Source: Eledone cirrhosa
Lineage: Eukaryota
Assembly: GCA_964016885.1 (NCBI GenBank)
Contig: OZ024753.1
Location: 41,292,001-41,356,000 of the forward strand
Reading direction: 5' to 3'
DNA: 64,000 nt
Under the pieces are notes generated by a model. It did not search any database and was not told where the DNA came from. It saw only the letters and a list, made by a program, of their open reading frames with translations. Made by a program: the position numbers and the translations under genes. Below, in pieces: positions 57,068 through 64,000 of this stretch (positions are counted from its first letter, which is position 1; the number at the start of each line of letters is the position of its first letter).

Positions 57068-57198
57068 TTAATATAGATGAGATTCTACAGGACTAGAACT
57101 GTTTCATTCATTAGAAATCATCAGGAATCTTTGTTATACTCTGCTATGTATTGAGTACCTTACTTACTGTGGTTACCTCCGATTCAACCCGGAATAAC

Positions 57199-57231
<33 letters not shown>

Positions 57232-57399
57232 ATCAAAAGATGGTTAAATGAGTTCCATGTATTTTATTATGCGCATTTCAAAAACAAATATCATCATGCA
57301 ATAACATTTGTGTTTTCATCAGATAAAATAGGAAGACATGATATGAAGGTTAAAAAACACTTGTGGATAGTGCAGTTTTAAATCAATATATGAAAAGTA

Positions 57400-57441
<42 letters not shown>

Positions 57442-57442
<1 letters not shown>

Positions 57443-57481
57443 GCTTCCTGATGATTTCTCCCAAATGAAACAGTTCTAGTC
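57442..57481 (+). ncRNA. Hammerhead-like core, non-canonical stem I
   Basis: ggcttc CTGATGA tttctcccaaat GAAA cagttctag TC. In the sister copy at about 17.8 kb, gaagcc follows after a 5-nt spacer. Confidence 0.45.
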
Positions 57482-57559
57482 TTGTATTAAATATTTATAC
57501 TCTGCTTTGTATTGAGTACCTTACTTACTGTGGTTACCCCCGATTGAACCCGGGATAAA

Positions 57560-57639
<80 letters not shown>

Positions 57640-57680
57640 CGAAACATAAGTCAATTGCATGAACTTATAATCCTTTATTT

Positions 57681-57736
57681 ACTGCTATATAAATTTCGAT
57701 GATAGCCATTAAATGGCTATGACCTCATCAGGCAGT
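57681..57736 (-). ncRNA. Type I hammerhead motif
   Basis: Minus strand: actgc CTGATGA ggtc-atagccatt-t-aatggctat-catc GAAA tttata TA gcagt; element about 57636-57800 lies between TA tracts. Confidence 0.82.
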
Positions 57737-57811
57737 TAGTCAGTTCTTAGATATGCCAGCTCTGTGTTTATAGTGTTGATGGTATCAGAGCCTTGGGACA
57801 TATATATATAT

Positions 57812-57892
<81 letters not shown>

Positions 57893-58390
57893 AAAAGTAA
57901 AAAACAATAACAAGGAGTAGAGTTACGAAAGGTGTTTGGTATTAGGTTCACGCTTGAGAGTGGCGCGTGGGGAACTACGTTTCGATATTTACATATGGGT
58001 GTATAGGTGCAAGGTAATTGCATCCGTAGGCGGTATGCCGGGTGAGCACTCGATGCTTGCACAAAGCAGAGTTTAATAGTATAAGAATAAAAGAACAAAG
58101 AATCAGTGTTGCATCATAAGATATTTAATAACATATTACATATGCTTCACTATCAATCAGCTCAAGGAACGATCTATTATTGATCAAACGTAACTCTGGA
58201 ATCGAAAGATTCTCAGATATGCCTCAGTATATATATATATATATACGATAAGGATAAATATATATCAAATATGTAAGAACCCTAGAGCAAATATTTATTA
58301 AAATAATAGATTAAAGTTTAAGCAAAGAATCGCTGGTTCCACCATTAACGGGATCTTCTGAAAACGAGTTTCAGAAGATCCCGTTAAAAT

Positions 58391-58441
<51 letters not shown>

Positions 58442-58450
<9 letters not shown>

Positions 58451-58716
58451 GAAAACACAGGTAAGCATTAAGAGAAGGATTTTATCCAGGTATTTACGAC
58501 CGTTTCATTGGTAAGTCGAATGAAACAGTCGCAAATACCTGGATAAAATCCTTCTCTTAATGCTTACCTGTGTTTTCTCTTTTATACTTTATACTCCAAG
58601 ATTGAACGGAATTCTTACAAACTTGTGGAGTTACCCCTAACCGTACGTTGAAACCATCCATGAAACTGGCTTTCTTAACCACGAACTGGATCACAAAAAG
58701 CAATTTTCTGCTTCCC
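58442..58716. mobile_element. TA-embedded fold-back element, family P7
   Basis: 68-bp arms (58442-58509 / 58519-58586), 9-nt loop, TA tracts on both sides. Confidence 0.75.
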
Positions 58717-59825
58717 TATATATATATATATATATTACGTCAATACTCATCTTTTTCCATTTTTCTGAGGGTTCTAAACCTCGTTATCAAGCTAAAAATT
58801 CCTTTAGTTAAAAATACGGTGAAAGCTATATATTTTCTAATTTCAAACTCGCTCACTGTTTCAAAACATACTTACTTGATACATATATATAATTTGTCTG
58901 TACTGAAACACAAGGTTCTCTATTGAAGAGAATTAAATACATACTGCTTAGCATTAGAGTGTAATGAACTAAGGTTAATCGAAAATGAAACAGTGTTTGT
59001 GTTCCCAGATAGTGAGAAGGTTAACTATTATATTTATGTTGCTCACACTGTTTTATCTATTGAATTATTGAATGGAACGTTCAACTTACAGCGGTATGTC
59101 ATAACATTAATTATTGAGTTGACTTTAACGTCTTTATCAATATATTTATTTCAAACATTTTGCTACTATCTGTGGCTTTCTGTTAACAAATGATGTATGA
59201 GAGCAATCAAGAGAGGTTGCTGCGTTGATTCAGCCGATATTTCTATGGAGATGTTAACTGCTTCCTGTTTATCAGTGTAGCACGGTGTAAGTTCTTACCC
59301 AATCCTAAGATAATTAAAACGCTAATTAAATCATGATTGACATGACCTCATTAAAATGTATCTATATTTAGAACTCCAAAGAACAGAATCAGTAATTATC
59401 TAAAGGAAAAAAAACACAAAAAAAAGAGAAAAAAATCTGTTTGTTTTTTACAATGTTATCCCTATCAAACTGTGGGTAACCTTTCTTTTTTTTATGTTTC
59501 CTAACTGAAAAAGAGTTAATTAATCGGTTACTTAATAATTAAATATATGTTTCATAAAATAATATTTGTTTTTAAAAATATGTAGACAAAGTCGCCACTT
59601 TACGATTATTTAATCTGTAAACTGCAAATATTTCAGCTCAGCAGCAAAATTGTTCAGAATTGCTGATTAGATAAGTTAATTAGGTAAGAGCAGATGTGTG
59701 ATGAATCTATTACTTTATCTATTTCCTAGTAAAATATTACATAACACTTGTTTTACTTTACTAGGCTATATAATGGTTTCTAGTTTAGCCACAAGGCCAA
59801 GTGAATGTCGATTATACCAACCAGG

Positions 59826-60070
59826 GTGGAGGAGCGTGGCCTAATTGTAAGGGTGTTGGACTTACGATCATAATGTCGTAGTTTCAATTCCTGGGTTGCG
59901 TGTTGTGTTCTTGAGCACGTTGCTCCAGTAAACTCAGCTGAAAATGAGTACTAGCAATAGCTGGGAGTTTAACCCTGCGTTGGACTGGCGTCCTGTCCAG
60001 GGGGAGTCTTGTACTCTCAGTCGCTTCACGCCATGAAACCGGGATAAGCACCGGCCAAAAAAGCATTCTG
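59826..60070 (+). mobile_element. SINE family B, further tail variant
   Basis: gcgtggcctaa head and gttgctccagtaaactcagctg core. Older B-type copies with other tails at about 17190-17460, 28245-28530, 33980-34080 and 35240-35460. Confidence 0.75.
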
Positions 60071-61593
60071 GCTTAAGACAGACAGACAGACAACCAGAGT
60101 ACTTTACTTACTTTACTGGTAATATATCTTATCGACCTTCGAATGACCGAACTCAGCATTAATTTCAACTCTTCTAATTAATAACTGCATTGTTTCTTTT
60201 CAGAAACTATGTTAAAAAATAAACCTTCTCATGCCATGAGACTATCTTGATCACCCTATGAAACTTTCAGCTCTCATATCTTGGGCAAGTGGTATTTACC
60301 ATAGCTTCTTGACAACCCATGCTTTATGGATGAAATTGTGTAGACGGAAACTGTTTGGAAGCCTGTTACATGAACTGGCTTTGAAATTCAAAGGTCCAAA
60401 CTTCTTAAACATTGCGTCACGCTAAATCTCACTGAAAACTTACGTTAATGATACACGTGTCTGTGGAAACTCTTAACTACTTGCACATTAGGTTCATGAA
60501 CAGACTGCTCTATTGACATAGTCCGAAGCGATGGATGACCAACACAACATATTCATATAAAATGACTGCCTACTTCTACTGTATAATAATCTAATTAGTA
60601 TTATGTCTCAAAGCTATGAGGTGACTAATAATAGAGACAACCAATCAACTCTATACAAACGTATTGGATTTTTAAAACGGCAAATTCCATGCAATAACAT
60701 TCGAACGCCTTTGTATTTTCTTTTATTTTTTATCATATAGAAATGAATTGCTATGAATTTTCGCGAAGGTAATACATCTTAATAGACAGATCAATATAAT
60801 AGAGATATTCTAGGAAGCCTAACTGGAATATTAAGAATGGCACTTCGCCAAGAATTCAGCGAAATGATAAAACGCTTATATTTTTTTTATGTATTAACCA
60901 CTAAGTGAGGTTTTGTTTTGGATAATATTCTGTAAATAATTGTATTACGATGTGTTACATTGGGTATAAATGATTATTGATTTCAATACGAAACGAGAAA
61001 ATAATGTATGTTATATCTCCGTCTATTGCGGCGAGTAATGTTGCAGCTGTATTGTCAACGGATCAGCCTGCTTATGAAGTTAACTAGAAAATGGCTGGTA
61101 ACTACCCCAGGGGCGTATATTCTTACCACAATTTTCAGCACACATACATACACACGCACACATAGAGTCGAACGACAAGATCTCAGACCTCATTCGCTGA
61201 ACAATTGGGATGAAGCTCGTCAAATTGGACGGAGGAAGCAGTGTTTCCATCGTTCGCAAATCTAGGCAGAAGGAGTAACGTGAAATAAAGTGTCTTGCTC
61301 AAGGACATAACTCATCGACTTGTCTGGGAATCGAACTCACAATCCCACGATTGTGAATCCAATTCTCTAACCACTCAGCCACGCGTCTTCACAATATATA
61401 TCTCATACGATTTATCGAGGCTACTAAATGATTTGAAATGTTGAAATCTAAACAGGCTTCCGCATAAATGTCTTTATGCACGTGGCCGCAATTCAAGAGA
61501 TGCAAAGTTCGATTCTCTGTAGCGGCTGCCGTCAAATTATTTTCTGTCTCTAAGGGTATTTTACACGATTTTCCAATTTTATCATCATTTTAG

Positions 61594-61658
<65 letters not shown>

Positions 61659-61687
61659 ATGTGTGTGTGTGTGTAAAGACACGTGTT

Positions 61688-61725
<38 letters not shown>

Positions 61726-62829
61726 GTGTATGTGTGTACATAATAATAAGCAGCATTATATGGTAATGAGAAAGAAGAAAATGAGATATATAGAAAGAGA
61801 TATGAAAATAATGGTCGTTGACAGACGTAATTTGCAAGAGTTGACTTCTCAACACAAAGTATAGTATAAAGAAAAATAAATGTCGATTAAGATATTAGTG
61901 GTTCTTGTATTTTTTCATGACAATAGGAGAACGGTACGAAACAAAGTAGAAAAACTGTCCATTAACCTCGATGAAATAATAATGAAAAATACGTAAAATA
62001 AATGACAAAAATGCTTGAATGTAATTAATACATTAACTTGGTGATATTTCTATTGTCCTCTCCCACTTTTGTTTTTGTCTCCGATAAGTAATGTACCGTG
62101 AATGTTCACACTAATAGAAATTTAACCACTGTCTATAAACACGTAAATGACTACATGTTAGAGCCATTATTGTTAGGCATATTATCTCATATACTAGCTA
62201 CAGTCAACGTTATTATCTCACACACTAACATCACTCACCATTTTTATCTCATTTACTAACTACAGTTTAGTTGTTTTTTTTTTAACAACAGCTAGTTTAG
62301 TTTAAAACTATTCTAAAAAATTACCGAAGCATTGGAACTGTAATAAATAACAGAGAAATAATGGCGTTTCCATCTGAAAAATAGAATATGTTGTTCATGT
62401 GTTAACGAGTACGTTTTGACCTAATTAAAATTAATATTTATAGAAGCTGTTTATATTTAGTATTTCTAACTTTAAACCGTTTGTAATTCGAGATGACTAC
62501 ATGTCCCAGTAGGGTAGTTAGCTAGTTAGAAAAATAACTTAAATATGGTTTATTAGAAAAGTTTTAAAAACCTGATATTTCTTAGCTGGTGAGGGTGAAT
62601 GCCATAAAACTGTAAACTATATTGTGTATCGTCAATAGAAAGTAAAACTGTGTTCATCTCAACATATTTGAGCCATGCAAATATTTGAACCAAATATCTT
62701 GTTCTTGGACGCTGTTAGAAAAACTATTACTGGCAGTCTTATCAGTTTCTATAGTGTTTATAAATGCCACACATTGTAATCATATATACACACCTACACT
62801 TACATACATACATACATACATACATGGTG

Positions 62830-63278
62830 GCTGCCAACTCGTTTTCGAGTACGGCCACTACTTTACATCCATGTAGGAGAACCCCTACCGATGCGCTGAA
62901 CAAGTGTGACTTTATAGTCCAGCCAGCGACTTGAAAACTCGGGTACAAACACTACACTTGTGACAATTATTGACACATAGTGCTGGGCCCATGGTACCAT
63001 GTCACGACAAGTGCAGAGAGATCTCCAGATATAAAGCAATGCCTGTGCCGTGAAGCTTTTATAGTGAGCAAAGGCACTGCACAAAGCCAGTCCCACTCTC
63101 TTAACCAATATGATATTTACCAAAAAGAAGAACAAGTCAACATCATTGGATACCATCAGGGTTGCAGGTGTTATATCAGAGTTTTCCTTCTCCTAGAATT
63201 CTGCCTTGACAAAGGCTAAGGGGTCATCTCTCCCGGAGAATTCTGCCTTGACAAAGGCTAAGGGGTCATCTCTCCCGG
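62830..63278 (-). mobile_element. Same repeat family as 575-1075, ending in a 42-bp tandem duplication
   Basis: Reverse complement shares tagcctttgtca...ttctaggagaagg...gagagtggga; the unit repeats at 63195-63236 and 63237-63278. Confidence 0.6.
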
Positions 63279-63328
63279 ATACATACATACATACATACAT
63301 ACATACATACATACATACATACATACAT

Positions 63329-63433
<105 letters not shown>

Positions 63434-64000
63434 CTGGTCGTAGAGTAATTATAAATACTACATATATATTTCCGGGAATCGGATATTCTGTGTCTGAAAG
63501 TGAAGAATTATAACGTCAACCGTTTATTAATGATATAAATAGCAGAGAGTAGTGTCCTTAAGCAATGATATAAATAGCAGAGGAGGAATGAGAGATCGAA
63601 TTCACGCTTAACATGTGTTTCGCAAATGTACCGCTCTAAGCCACACGAAGTTACGTAATAATTCGGTAACATGCTGCTTAGATCTGGTTCGATTTCTTCA
63701 TCAGACTTTAGAACAGCCAGAAACACCCGCTGTATCAGCCATTTCACCTCACATAACTCCATCCTCGGGCATGTTGCACTCATCCCAATTTTGCAGAGGG
63801 CAGTGTTCGTGAGGTCTTGCCCGTAACCAGCACAGAGAGGAAGCCATCGGTTAAATCCTAGTGCCATTTATTTCAACATCGCGTCAATATTTTTGCAAAA
63901 TAATTACTATTTATATCAAACCTACTTCAATTTATTTGCAAATATAATAATCTTGTTTTACACTACCTGAATGTTTGTCAGAAGACTGAGAATATCGAAA

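Overview
AT-rich eukaryotic DNA packed with (TA)n/(CA)n/(TCTA)n microsatellites. The SINE families and repeat landscape suggest an octopus or other coleoid cephalopod (inference). Almost every ORF in the track is translated microsatellite. One real gene is visible: five phase-compatible minus-strand exons (22207-21800, 15739-15630, 10124-10033, 4181-4034, 3167-3017) of a class B (secretin/calcitonin-receptor-like) GPCR. Its first visible exon carries a 5-bp duplication that shifts the frame. The rest is retroelement-derived: many tRNA-headed SINEs (several with clear TSDs), RTE-type LINE ends, a decayed R4/Dong-like LINE and mariner remnants. The most striking signal is about 10 unrelated families of short non-coding elements embedded in (TA)n tracts. 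Several carry minimal type I hammerhead ribozyme motifs, and many are near-perfect fold-back palindromes whose second arm ends in a TA microhomology. This points to a Penelope-like/retrozyme-type, microsatellite-targeting system. All calls were made by eye, and repeat boundaries are approximate.
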